From: Dehalococcoidia bacterium
Lineage (GTDB): Bacteria; Chloroflexota; Dehalococcoidia; Lucifugimonadales; UBA2985
NCBI GenBank assembly: GCA_034422115.1
Contig: DAOUJW010000021.1
Span: 65,876 to 129,875 of the forward strand
Length of the DNA stretch: 64,000 nt
Direction of reading: 5' to 3'
This document shows, in pieces, positions 35,793-43,768 of this stretch (its first letter is position 1; each line of letters begins with the position of its first letter). The position numbers and the translations under genes were made by a program. A model generated the notes under the pieces. That model did not search any database and was not told the origin of the DNA. It saw nothing but the letters and a program-made list of their open reading frames with translations.

Positions 35793-35953
35793 CTATGGTT
35801 CCTCATTTCTCAAGAAGTGGTCGGGTGAATATGCCCAATATGCCATTCTCTTCCCTGTGGTCTCCGCTCATACATTCTAGCCGATTGTGTATGACCGTGA
35901 AAGTATGGGAGAGACCGTCACTCCCGAGAAGTCGGGAGTCCACACCCCACCAC

Positions 35954-35985
35954 CCCTGGATTCCCGTTTTCACGGGAATGACGGT
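35954..35985. repeat. short hairpin, family B (CTGGATTCCCG-N6-CGGGAATGACGG)
   Basis: Stem ATTCCCG/CGGGAAT at 35960..35979. Same flanks (CTGGATTCC...GGAATGACG) as the copies at 39261, 59681 and 61552. Confidence 0.75.
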
Positions 35986-35992
35986 GGCTCTC

Positions 35993-38899
35993 TTAGCTCA
36001 CAAATTCCGAGCCCCCCGGCCGCGCCTTCCCCCCATGCACCGACGGCTCTGCGCACCACTTGGCCGCCAGCCGCCTCACGCCTGCGTACGTCTCCTGGTC
36101 AAAGCCCAGGAGGTCACAGAGGACGCGGCGGTCCAGGAGGGCGCGGTTGGGGTCTGCGTCTGCGAGGTATGCGGGTTTCAGCTCCTTGCCACGGAACTCG
36201 TTGAAGATGGCCTCTGCTGTGTGCAGCTGCTCACTGGTGAGGGCGCGGAAGTCCAGCACGGGGAGGGAGTCCGCGGAGCTGACAGTCAGGCTTGCCTTAC
36301 TAGACTGCTGGCGACTGGAGTGCCACCAATGCAGCAATAAACCTAGTGTAGAGTTGCCCCACACTGAGAAGGCATAATCGAATCTTTTGTCCGAGAAGAT
36401 GACGTTGGGCCACACCCTCCCGCCTATGGATTCCATTTCCGTGAAGGCAACAGCCAGAGGTTGAGAGCCAAATGTGAAGTCTCGGTTCAAGTGAGTTCGG
36501 CTAGCAGTGTCCCAGGCATCGGCAGCCCTGTCTTCCATCCCTGGCCTGACAATCAACTGGAAGTCCGGCAGGCACACCATACGCGTTTCTTTCTTGGCAT
36601 TGTGGTTCCACAGGGCAGGATATGTAGAGGTTGGACTGGCCGCCGCTTTGGTAAAAGGCCCAGCTGAACCAGCGATGTTTATGTCATGCCACCCGCGTCT
36701 ACCTACATCACTCAAGACCGCTATCCTAAGTGGTTCTCCAGTGGAGCCTAAGCCCGGGAGCCACAAATTGGAACGTGACAAGGCATAAGCAGTCTGAGAC
36801 AAGGAATAATCCAACAGGCGCACAGCGCCCCAGCTTTCCCCGTCCACATCGCGGGGCGCAGTAATGGTCTCGCCAGCTGTTTCCTCTCCTACCATTAGAG
36901 GAGTCCCACCATACGGCCCACCCTCGATACCTCTAACTTGGCTAGCATCCAATAGGTTGGCTGTTAGTGAGCTTGCGTGGGCAAAACCTTGTGGTCTGCG
37001 CCGTAGCGACGTGAAGTGCGCCCAGTCTTGAGGTATTTCATCCTGTTTGAGCTTACGGGCAATAACAAGGCACTCAGCCATACCCGTGTCTGATGAAAAG
37101 GACATATCCCGTCCGTTGGCAGCTATGCTCAGTACCGTCACATCCGTATAGTGGTCGTCCATCATGTCACGGAATCCCTGCCAGGAAAGGCCATTGGCTA
37201 TGGACAGTGGAAGCACCAGGGCCAGTACGCCGCCAGGTTTGATCTTCTTGTGGGCAAGAGCGGCAAATGCGGAGGCTATGCCAGCATACCCGTGGTAGCA
37301 AGTATTCTTCGTGTACTTGCTCAGACTCTTTGCCATGTCCTTTTGCGTAACTAACCCTGTGCTCAATCCCCTGAAGTGTTTGATGTAGTCCTCGTCTCTG
37401 TCTTCGCCTTCCCAATCCGAACCCGGCCTGGTAAATGGAGGATTCATTATCACAAGGTCATAGGCCTCGTCCGGTACCTCCGCGCGTATCTGGGCCGCCG
37501 TCTCCTCACCCGCGCTGCCGGTGCGCATGGCCGGGTCGCTGGTGTTGAACAGGGTCAGCACGTTGGAGGACTGGAGAAGCTCCAGTGAGCCTATCATCAC
37601 GCTGCCGTCCCGCATCCGGCCGTAGGGCATGGTGTACAGGTGGGACTCGTTGAAGAGGACGGAGGGCTCCACGCCGGAGAGGGTTGAGCCTGTGATGTGG
37701 ACGGCGGAGGGCATGACGTCGCAGCCGTACAGCACGTCCTCCATCATCACCCTGTGGAGGGCGGCCGCGTCGCCCCCGGCGCGCTCGTGGCGGGCGGCTA
37801 TCTGCTCGTACACCGCCGAGAGCAGGGCGCCGGTGCCGCAGGCGAAGTCGCCGATTCGCAGCCCGCCAATCGCCTCCGCGCTCGACCAGTCGACGCCCTC
37901 CATCTTGGCCACGGCCAGCCGGGCCAGCAGCGCCGCCGAGGCCGGCAGGGTGTAGAAGGTGGCCAGGTACTTGCGGTCGGCTATGAGCCGCTGGAAGATG
38001 CGGCCGGTCAGGTCGTGGGCGTTGTCCACCCCCGCCGCATCCACGGCCTGGGCGGTGTGCCTGAGACGCCGCAGAATGTCCGCCGCATCGCCCGATGGCA
38101 GCTGCTCCAGAATGTCCTTGGCAATGGCAAAAATGGCCCAGTAGTTGATCCCCAGAATCGCATCCCAGGCCGCCAGCGTCTCCCCCTGGGGGTTGTCCAC
38201 GCCGTCGCCGCACACCACGGCCAGGGGCTTCACGCCCTCATGCCTCCCGGCAATGCGCTCATGGAACACCAGGGCGTTGGCGATGATGGCGCAGGCCATG
38301 CGGCGGGTCTGTGGCACGTTGGTCATGCCCAGCAGCCGGGCGATGGAGTTGGTGACGCCCCGATGGGTCTTGTCCAGCTCATCCAGGAGCCTTGCGGCGC
38401 CGTCGATGCCCTCCTGGAGAGCGGTGGTGGCCCTGGCGACTGCGCGCTGTGGGACCGACACGAGGCGCACCATGTCCGCCAGGTCCTCGATGCCGCCGTC
38501 CAGCCAGCCCGACTCCGGGAAGCGATGCGCGCCCTCCGCGCCCTCGGTGAAGACGCAGTAGGAGAGGCGCGCCGACGACAGCGCATCCCGGAGGTCGTGG
38601 GCGTCTCCCACGTCCTCCGGGTATCTCAGGGCAATGGCGGCCTCGATGGGCCGTCCGCCGGCGGCCACCTCCAGCCCAAGGCGGTCCATGGCCTCCCGCT
38701 CGACGGTCGGGGCGGGCATGTACTCCGCCTCGATGACCACGGGCGCGCGGCCCGGGGCGGTGATGAGGATGTCGGGGCGCAGGTTGGGCTGGTTGGCAAT
38801 GGCCTGGGTGTTCTCGGAGCGCACGACGCTGCGGGGCAGCATGGCCTGGAGCAGGCCGCCCATGGCGTTGTTGGCGGATGGCTCAGTGTGTCTGGGCAT
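35993..38899 (-). CDS. fused nuclease-like / gamma-class N6-adenine DNA methyltransferase / C-terminal specificity region (type IIG-like restriction-modification enzyme)
   Basis: N-terminal RPDILITAPGRAPVVIEAEY (PD...ExE, near-canonical PD-(D/E)xK). Motif I IGDFACGTGALL (about 37820..37849). Motif IV VIMNPPF (37433..37444). About 480 aa follow C-terminal to NPPF. 968 aa, with no separate S or R gene nearby. Confidence 0.65.
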   Translation of the reverse strand: MPRHTEPSANNAMGGLLQAMLPRSVVRSENTQAIANQPNLRPDILITAPGRAPVVIEAEYMPAPTVEREAMDRLGLEVAAGGRPIEAAIALRYPEDVGDAHDLRDALSSARLSYCVFTEGAEGAHRFPESGWLDGGIEDLADMVRLVSVPQRAVARATTALQEGIDGAARLLDELDKTHRGVTNSIARLLGMTNVPQTRRMACAIIANALVFHERIAGRHEGVKPLAVVCGDGVDNPQGETLAAWDAILGINYWAIFAIAKDILEQLPSGDAADILRRLRHTAQAVDAAGVDNAHDLTGRIFQRLIADRKYLATFYTLPASAALLARLAVAKMEGVDWSSAEAIGGLRIGDFACGTGALLSAVYEQIAARHERAGGDAAALHRVMMEDVLYGCDVMPSAVHITGSTLSGVEPSVLFNESHLYTMPYGRMRDGSVMIGSLELLQSSNVLTLFNTSDPAMRTGSAGEETAAQIRAEVPDEAYDLVIMNPPFTRPGSDWEGEDRDEDYIKHFRGLSTGLVTQKDMAKSLSKYTKNTCYHGYAGIASAFAALAHKKIKPGGVLALVLPLSIANGLSWQGFRDMMDDHYTDVTVLSIAANGRDMSFSSDTGMAECLVIARKLKQDEIPQDWAHFTSLRRRPQGFAHASSLTANLLDASQVRGIEGGPYGGTPLMVGEETAGETITAPRDVDGESWGAVRLLDYSLSQTAYALSRSNLWLPGLGSTGEPLRIAVLSDVGRRGWHDINIAGSAGPFTKAAASPTSTYPALWNHNAKKETRMVCLPDFQLIVRPGMEDRAADAWDTASRTHLNRDFTFGSQPLAVAFTEMESIGGRVWPNVIFSDKRFDYAFSVWGNSTLGLLLHWWHSSRQQSSKASLTVSSADSLPVLDFRALTSEQLHTAEAIFNEFRGKELKPAYLADADPNRALLDRRVLCDLLGFDQETYAGVRRLAAKWCAEPSVHGGKARPGGSEFVS

Positions 38900-39028
38900 G
38901 GTGGCTCAGGGCTTCTCTACGAGTAACGTACGTTGGCTGCTCCGTATGATACCACTCTCCCCCGCATCAAATCCCGCCCCAGACCCTATCGGGGAGCGGG
39001 GCGGGCCAGGTCCTGACCATTCCTGCGT

Positions 39029-39238
39029 AGGAAGACCTTTGCACAACATAAGGTATCATTTCGCCAGAAGCGCGACGCTGTCATTCTGAACGGAGCGCAG
39101 CGGAGTGAAGAATCCAAAGTCTCTGTCTGCAAAGCTACGATGTCCGTAGGCAAAGACCTTGGATTCTTCGCTGCGCTCAGAATGACACTCATAAGGGTAT
39201 TGGTCACAAGTTGCGTAAAGTTCTCCGCAGGCAGGAAT
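39029..39238. repeat. MITE-like element, copy 2 (about 210 bp)
   Basis: Same architecture as 15550..15768: outer ATTCCTGC...GCAGGAAT, sub-terminal GACCTTTGCACAAC / GTTGCGTAAAGTTC, and an identical core of about 50 nt. Confidence 0.85.
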
Positions 39239-39260
39239 CCATTCCCACCGCCCCTCCTGG

Positions 39261-39280
39261 ATTCCGGCTTCCGCCGGAAT
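39261..39280. repeat. short hairpin, family B (ATTCCGGC-TTCC-GCCGGAAT)
   Basis: Perfect 8-bp stem with flanks CTGG...GACGG. Confidence 0.75.
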
Positions 39281-39391
39281 GACGGCTCTCCGTTGCTTCC
39301 ACCACAGGGCGTCCACTTTCATGCCAATTGACGGATACAAACATATCTGCTAAATTTACATCACCACCCCAGCGATCGCATCGCTGGCCTG

Positions 39392-39423
39392 ACGCTCCTC
39401 CTCAGGGAGGGGCGTTTATTTTT
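39392..39423 (+). terminator. intrinsic-terminator-like hairpin with T-tract on the + strand (no annotated + strand gene upstream)
   Basis: ACGCTCCTCC-TCAG-GGAGGGGCGT (10-bp stem, one G-U pair) followed by TTTATTTTT. Lies about 40 nt beyond the vapC stop but has no U-tract in the vapC direction. Confidence 0.5.
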
Positions 39424-39462
39424 GCCCTGCAGCGCTTATGGCCAACCCGGTCCTTCCCTCCG

Positions 39463-39858
39463 CTACGGGTTTGAGGGGTTCAGGGACACAGCCGCGAGTC
39501 TCTCGTCAAAGGTCTTGATCTCCCTGATCCCGCGTCGTCGGCAGCTGGCCAGGTGGCAGAGGTCCCTGGCTTGCAGGGCGGGATACTGCTCATGGAGGCG
39601 TCGGGCCAGGGCCACGTCCGCCTCTTCCAGCGGCCAGACCTCAACTGCGGCGCTCGCAATCAGCGCGAGCGTAGCGTCGAAGGTCTGCAGCCTTCCTGTG
39701 GGCAAGTACGCATGGGCCAGCTCCTGCATTACCTCTGCAGAAGTGCAGAGTGGAGCGCCGCTCCGGTTGGCTTCGACAAAGAAGCTCTGGGCGGGCGTCC
39801 GGAGCGCGTGAGGGCGCCCCACCGCATACATGAAGACGTTGGTGTCGACGAAAATCAC
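39463..39858 (-). CDS. vapC: VapC-family PIN-domain toxin
   Basis: IFVDTNVFMYAVG (first catalytic Asp) and later acidic residues. GTG start at 39858 overlaps the vapB stop (GTGA). Confidence 0.8.
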   Translation of the reverse strand: MIFVDTNVFMYAVGRPHALRTPAQSFFVEANRSGAPLCTSAEVMQELAHAYLPTGRLQTFDATLALIASAAVEVWPLEEADVALARRLHEQYPALQARDLCHLASCRRRGIREIKTFDERLAAVSLNPSNP

Positions 39859-40130
39859 GTCCTGGCAACTCCTCGCCCGCGTGACTCGCTTATAACGCGC
39901 AGGTGCTCGCTCCAGTCCGGCTCCGTCTCGGGACTTTCGAGCGCGGCGCATGACCTGAAGAACTCCTCTACGTCCTCCGGGGACTCAAACAGCCTTACGC
40001 TCTGGCGCGTTTCAAGGCGCTCGCGGGCGGCCGCCCGCAGCCATGCGCTGAGGCTCATACCCTCCCGACGGGCCTGGTCTACGAACCGCTCCCGGTCGTC
40101 GTCTGGAATCACCAACTGCACTCGGGCCAT
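39855..40130 (-). CDS. vapB: VapB-type antitoxin (RHH/CopG-like)
   Basis: MARVQLVIPDDDRERFVDQARREGMSLSAWLRAAARERL is a ribbon-helix-helix pattern. Start at ATG 40130. Confidence 0.75.
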   Translation of the reverse strand: MARVQLVIPDDDRERFVDQARREGMSLSAWLRAAARERLETRQSVRLFESPEDVEEFFRSCAALESPETEPDWSEHLRVISESRGRGVART

Positions 40131-40245
40131 ATCCCTCTCCAGCCAATTCAAAGGGGGGTGTGTAACATCGTTACACACCCCCTTGTTCAAGTCAAGCAAC
40201 AGCACGCGTTGGTAACGCCTACGTCGGTTGGAGTGCCACCCTCTT

Positions 40246-40390
40246 CCCGCTCACCCTGAGCCTGTCGAAGGGAGTGAGCGGGAGCCTCAAGGCTGTTGAA
40301 TGACCGCTCTGGTTCGACAAGCTCACCATGAGCGGGAAAACAGCGGTTGTAGCTGTACCGCCCATACTTCGACAAGCTCAGTATGAGCGG
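40246..40390. repeat. REP-like cluster (family A), three units
   Basis: Units at 40246..40282, 40303..40336 and 40358..40390. Confidence 0.85.
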
Positions 40391-40478
40391 CGCCGTTCGC
40401 CATAACCAACGCCTGTAGAGTACCATCGCGCCCGCATTCCTTGTAGCCCCAATCACCCTTTGCTATACTAACGGCGCT

Positions 40479-41972
40479 ATGGCTGAAGCCAGCAAGAAAT
40501 ACGAGGCCGTCATTGGCCTGGAGGTGCACGCTCAGCTCCTCACCAGGAGCAAGATGTTCTGCTCCTGCCCATCGGACTACATCCAGGCCGCGCCCAACAC
40601 CGTGGTCTGCCCCGTGTGCCTGGGTATGCCCGGAACCCTCCCCGTCATCAACAGCAAGGCCGTGGAGTTCGTCATCATGACGGGCCTGGCCCTCAACTCC
40701 GAGATCGCGGAGGCCACCCAGTTCCATCGCAAGAACTACCCCTACCCGGACCTGATGAAGGGCTACCAGATATCCCAGTACGACGGGCCAATCGCCAACG
40801 GCGGGTGGCTGGACATTGAGGTCGACGGCGCGCCGAGGCGTATCCAGATAACGCGGGTGCACCTGGAGGAGGACGTGGCGAAGCTGCAACATCGACAGGC
40901 GGCCGACGGCGAGGACTACAGCCTTGTCGACGTCAATCGCTCCGGGTCGCCGCTCATGGAGACGGTGAGCGAGCCGGACATGCGCTCCCCGGAGGAGGCC
41001 CGCCAGTACCTGGTGAACCTGCGGGCCATTCTCCAGTACCTGGGCGTGTCCACCGGCAACATGGAGGACGGCAGCTTCCGGTGCGACGCCAACATCAGCA
41101 TAAGGCCCGCCAACAGCCAGGAGCTCTTCCCCAAGGTTGAGGTGAAGAACATGAACAGCCTGCGAGCCGTCTACCGCGCCCTCCAGTACGAGGAGGAGCG
41201 GCAGATTCAGGTGGTTGAGGAGGGCGGCCAGGTGGTGCAGGAGACCCGGGGATGGGTGGAGGACCGGGGCGTCACCTTCTCCCAGCGCACCAAGGAGTTC
41301 GCCCACGACTATCGATACTTCCCGGAGCCGGACCTGCCGCCCCTGTCCATAAGCAGGCAGTGGGTGGACGACATCAGGGCGCGGCTCCCGGAGCTGCCCG
41401 GCGCTCGCCGGGACCGGTTCATCTCGATGTACGAGCTGCCCGCGTACGACGCCTCCCAGCTGACGTCGTCCAAGGCCACGGCGGACTTCTTCGAGGAGTC
41501 GCTCAAGGCGAAGGAGACCCAGCCATCGGCGCTGGCGGCCAAGGCCAAGGCCGTCGGCAACTGGATGCTGGGAGACCTGGCCGGTCTCGTGAACGCATCG
41601 GGCGCAGACCTGGCAGAGTCGAATATCACGCCCGGCCACCTGCGGGAGTTCACGGACCTCATCGACGCCGGGACCATCAGCGGGCCCGCGGCCAAGACGG
41701 TGCTTGAGGAGATGTTCAAGTCGGGCAAGCAGGCCCAGGCCATTGCCCAGGAGCAGGGCCTGACCCAGATAAGCGACGCCGGTGAGCTTGACGGCACAGT
41801 CGCAGAAATCCTGGAGAGGAACGAGCAGGCGGTGCAGGACTACCTTGGAGGCAAGGAGACCGCCCTCAAGTTCCTGGTGGGACAGGTGATGAAGGAGACG
41901 CGGGGCCGGGCCAGCCCCGCGCTGGTCAACCAGATGCTTGAGGAGAAGCTGGCGTCCAAGGGAGGTGGATAG
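40479..41972 (+). CDS. gatB: Asp-tRNA(Asn)/Glu-tRNA(Gln) amidotransferase subunit B
   Basis: YEAVIGLEVHAQL...CPVCLGMPG...TRVHLEEDVAKL and a full-length GatB pattern with a C-terminal YqeY-like domain. Confidence 0.95.
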   Translation: MAEASKKYEAVIGLEVHAQLLTRSKMFCSCPSDYIQAAPNTVVCPVCLGMPGTLPVINSKAVEFVIMTGLALNSEIAEATQFHRKNYPYPDLMKGYQISQYDGPIANGGWLDIEVDGAPRRIQITRVHLEEDVAKLQHRQAADGEDYSLVDVNRSGSPLMETVSEPDMRSPEEARQYLVNLRAILQYLGVSTGNMEDGSFRCDANISIRPANSQELFPKVEVKNMNSLRAVYRALQYEEERQIQVVEEGGQVVQETRGWVEDRGVTFSQRTKEFAHDYRYFPEPDLPPLSISRQWVDDIRARLPELPGARRDRFISMYELPAYDASQLTSSKATADFFEESLKAKETQPSALAAKAKAVGNWMLGDLAGLVNASGADLAESNITPGHLREFTDLIDAGTISGPAAKTVLEEMFKSGKQAQAIAQEQGLTQISDAGELDGTVAEILERNEQAVQDYLGGKETALKFLVGQVMKETRGRASPALVNQMLEEKLASKGGG

Positions 41973-42190
41973 TGGAGTCATTTTTCCAGTTTGCCATGAT
42001 CCTGGTATCCGTCCTGCTCATAGGAGTCATCCTGGTGCAGGTTCGAGGGCAGGGGTCGGGGTTCTTCGGCTCAGCGCAGGCGTCATTCCGCACACGGCGC
42101 GGGGTGGAGAAGACGCTGTTCCAGCTAACCATTGTCCTGGCCGTGGTGTTCACGGTGATTGCCATAGTGAGCGCCGTAGGGCCTTTCTGA
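41972..42190 (+). CDS. secG: preprotein translocase subunit SecG
   Basis: 72 aa, two TM segments, LIGVILVQVRGQGSGFFG signature. Confidence 0.8.
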   Translation: MESFFQFAMILVSVLLIGVILVQVRGQGSGFFGSAQASFRTRRGVEKTLFQLTIVLAVVFTVIAIVSAVGPF

Positions 42191-42227
42191 CGACTCAGAC
42201 GCCCTAACGTCTATAGAAGCGGCCCCC

Positions 42228-43052
42228 TTGATCACCCTCACCACCGACTTCGGCACTCGCGACCCCTACGTCGCGGAGATGAAGGCCGTGGCCCTGGGCA
42301 TCAACCCGCACGCGACCTTCGTGGACATCTCCCACCACGTTGCGCCACAGAACGTGCTGGAGGGCGCGTATGTCCTGGGATCCGCCTACCGCTACTTCCC
42401 GCCGGACGCCATTCACGTTGCCGTGGTGGACCCGGGTGTGGGCACGTCGCGCAGGGCGATTGCGCTGACCACAACCGAGGGCCGATTCCTGGCGCCGGAC
42501 AACGGCCTGCTGACCTACGCCGTCAGAGAGAGCGCCGAGTACGAGGCGGCCACTCGCGGCAGAGGCTTTGCAGAGCCTGTGGAAGTGCCCATACCCGCCG
42601 GATGCGCCGCCTATGAGCTGTCCAACGAGAGCCTCAGGCTGTCTCCCCTGAGCGACACCTTCCACGGCCGCGACGTCTTTGCGCCCGCGGCGGCGCACCT
42701 GTCCCTGGGCCTGCCGCTGGAAGAGGTGGGCGAGAGGCTGGAGTCCATGATGTGCCTTTGCATCCCCAAGCCGGAGGAGCGGGGGAGCAGCGTGGCCGGC
42801 TTCATCGTACACGTGGACGGCTACGGCAACCTGATAACGACCATAGACGACAGGGCGCTGCGGCAGAGGGACGTTGAGGTGCTGGTGAAGGGTCGCAGGA
42901 TACGCGGCCTAAGCCGGTCGTACCAGGAGGGCGCGGCGGTCCTTGCTATCGTGGGGAGCCACGGCAGCCTTGAGGTGGCCGTCAGGAACGGCAGCGCGGC
43001 GCAGGAGCTTGGCGCTGAAGTCGGAGACGAGGTAGTAGTGGAGCTGCGCTAG
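42228..43052 (+). CDS. SAM hydroxide adenosyltransferase (DUF62, chlorinase/fluorinase family)
   Basis: ITLTTDFGTRDPYVAEMKAV...VVDPGVGT...FHGRDVFAPAAAHL. Confidence 0.85.
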   Translation: MITLTTDFGTRDPYVAEMKAVALGINPHATFVDISHHVAPQNVLEGAYVLGSAYRYFPPDAIHVAVVDPGVGTSRRAIALTTTEGRFLAPDNGLLTYAVRESAEYEAATRGRGFAEPVEVPIPAGCAAYELSNESLRLSPLSDTFHGRDVFAPAAAHLSLGLPLEEVGERLESMMCLCIPKPEERGSSVAGFIVHVDGYGNLITTIDDRALRQRDVEVLVKGRRIRGLSRSYQEGAAVLAIVGSHGSLEVAVRNGSAAQELGAEVGDEVVVELR

Positions 43053-43064
43053 TCGCCTTCCTTT

Positions 43065-43155
43065 CCCGCTCATAGTGAGCCTGGTCGAACCAGAGCGGGA
43101 AGACAAAAACTGTACGGCTCCCGCTCATACCCTTCGACAAGCTCAGGGTGAGCGG
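43065..43155. repeat. REP-like hairpin pair (family A)
   Basis: Units at 43065..43099 and 43120..43155. Confidence 0.85.
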
Positions 43156-43194
43156 TGTCATGAACTACTTTCAACACGCGTTAGGAGTAGTTGG

Positions 43195-43515
43195 CTAGCT
43201 CGGCTCTATGACCACGGCCGTGCCGTAGGCCAGTATCTCCGACGCATTGCCCATGATGGCGGAGGTCATGAAACGCGTGCCCACTATGGCGTTCGCGCCC
43301 ATCTCTGCCGCGCGTGCTGTCATGCGGCGCACGGCCTCCTCCCTGGCCTCCGCCAGCAGGCGCGTGTACTCCTCTATCTCCCCGCCTACCATGTTGCGCA
43401 GGCCGGCCATGATGTCCCGCCCAACGTGCCTGGCGCGAACGGTGCTGCCCCGCACAAGGCCAACCACCCTTGTGATCTGTGCGCCCTCTATCTCGTCTGT
43501 GGTTACGATTATCAT
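43195..43515 (-). CDS. YbjQ-family (UPF0145) protein
   Basis: MIIVTTDEIEGAQITRVVGLVRGSTVRARHVGRDIMAGLRNMVGGEI...ANAIVGTRF. Start at ATG 43515. Confidence 0.85.
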   Translation of the reverse strand: MIIVTTDEIEGAQITRVVGLVRGSTVRARHVGRDIMAGLRNMVGGEIEEYTRLLAEAREEAVRRMTARAAEMGANAIVGTRFMTSAIMGNASEILAYGTAVVIEPS

Positions 43516-43525
43516 TAGTCCCTGT

Positions 43526-43759
43526 CTAGTCCCTGTCCTGGAAGTTCTCTCCCTTGAGCTGTCGAATCCTGTCCCAGACAACGTAGAGAAACAGGAGCAC
43601 GAAGCCCAGACCGCCTGCAACCACGGCCAGCCTTATTATCAGGGGGATGTTATTGGCCTCAAAGATGTTCAGGAAGAAGTTGTAGATGAGGTTTCCGCCC
43701 AGGACAAGTCCCGCCCCAATTATGAGGACCGTCGCCGTTCGCAGAAGCGTCGGTTGCAT
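43526..43759 (-). CDS. small membrane protein (77 aa, two TM segments)
   Basis: Two hydrophobic segments. Tightly packed between the FAD oxidase and the ybjQ-like gene. Confidence 0.55.
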   Translation of the reverse strand: MQPTLLRTATVLIIGAGLVLGGNLIYNFFLNIFEANNIPLIIRLAVVAGGLGFVLLFLYVVWDRIRQLKGENFQDRD

Positions 43760-43768
43760 TTCGGCCTC

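Noticed and set aside
37697-38926. 409-aa + strand ORF and several others (37506..38213 minus strand in another frame) within the 968-aa gene.
   Set aside because: They occur only in the GC-rich half, are low-complexity, and overlap the frame carrying the MTase motifs I and IV.
40323-41981. 552-aa minus-strand ORF antisense to gatB.
   Set aside because: A high-GC antisense artefact. gatB on the + strand is full-length and conserved.
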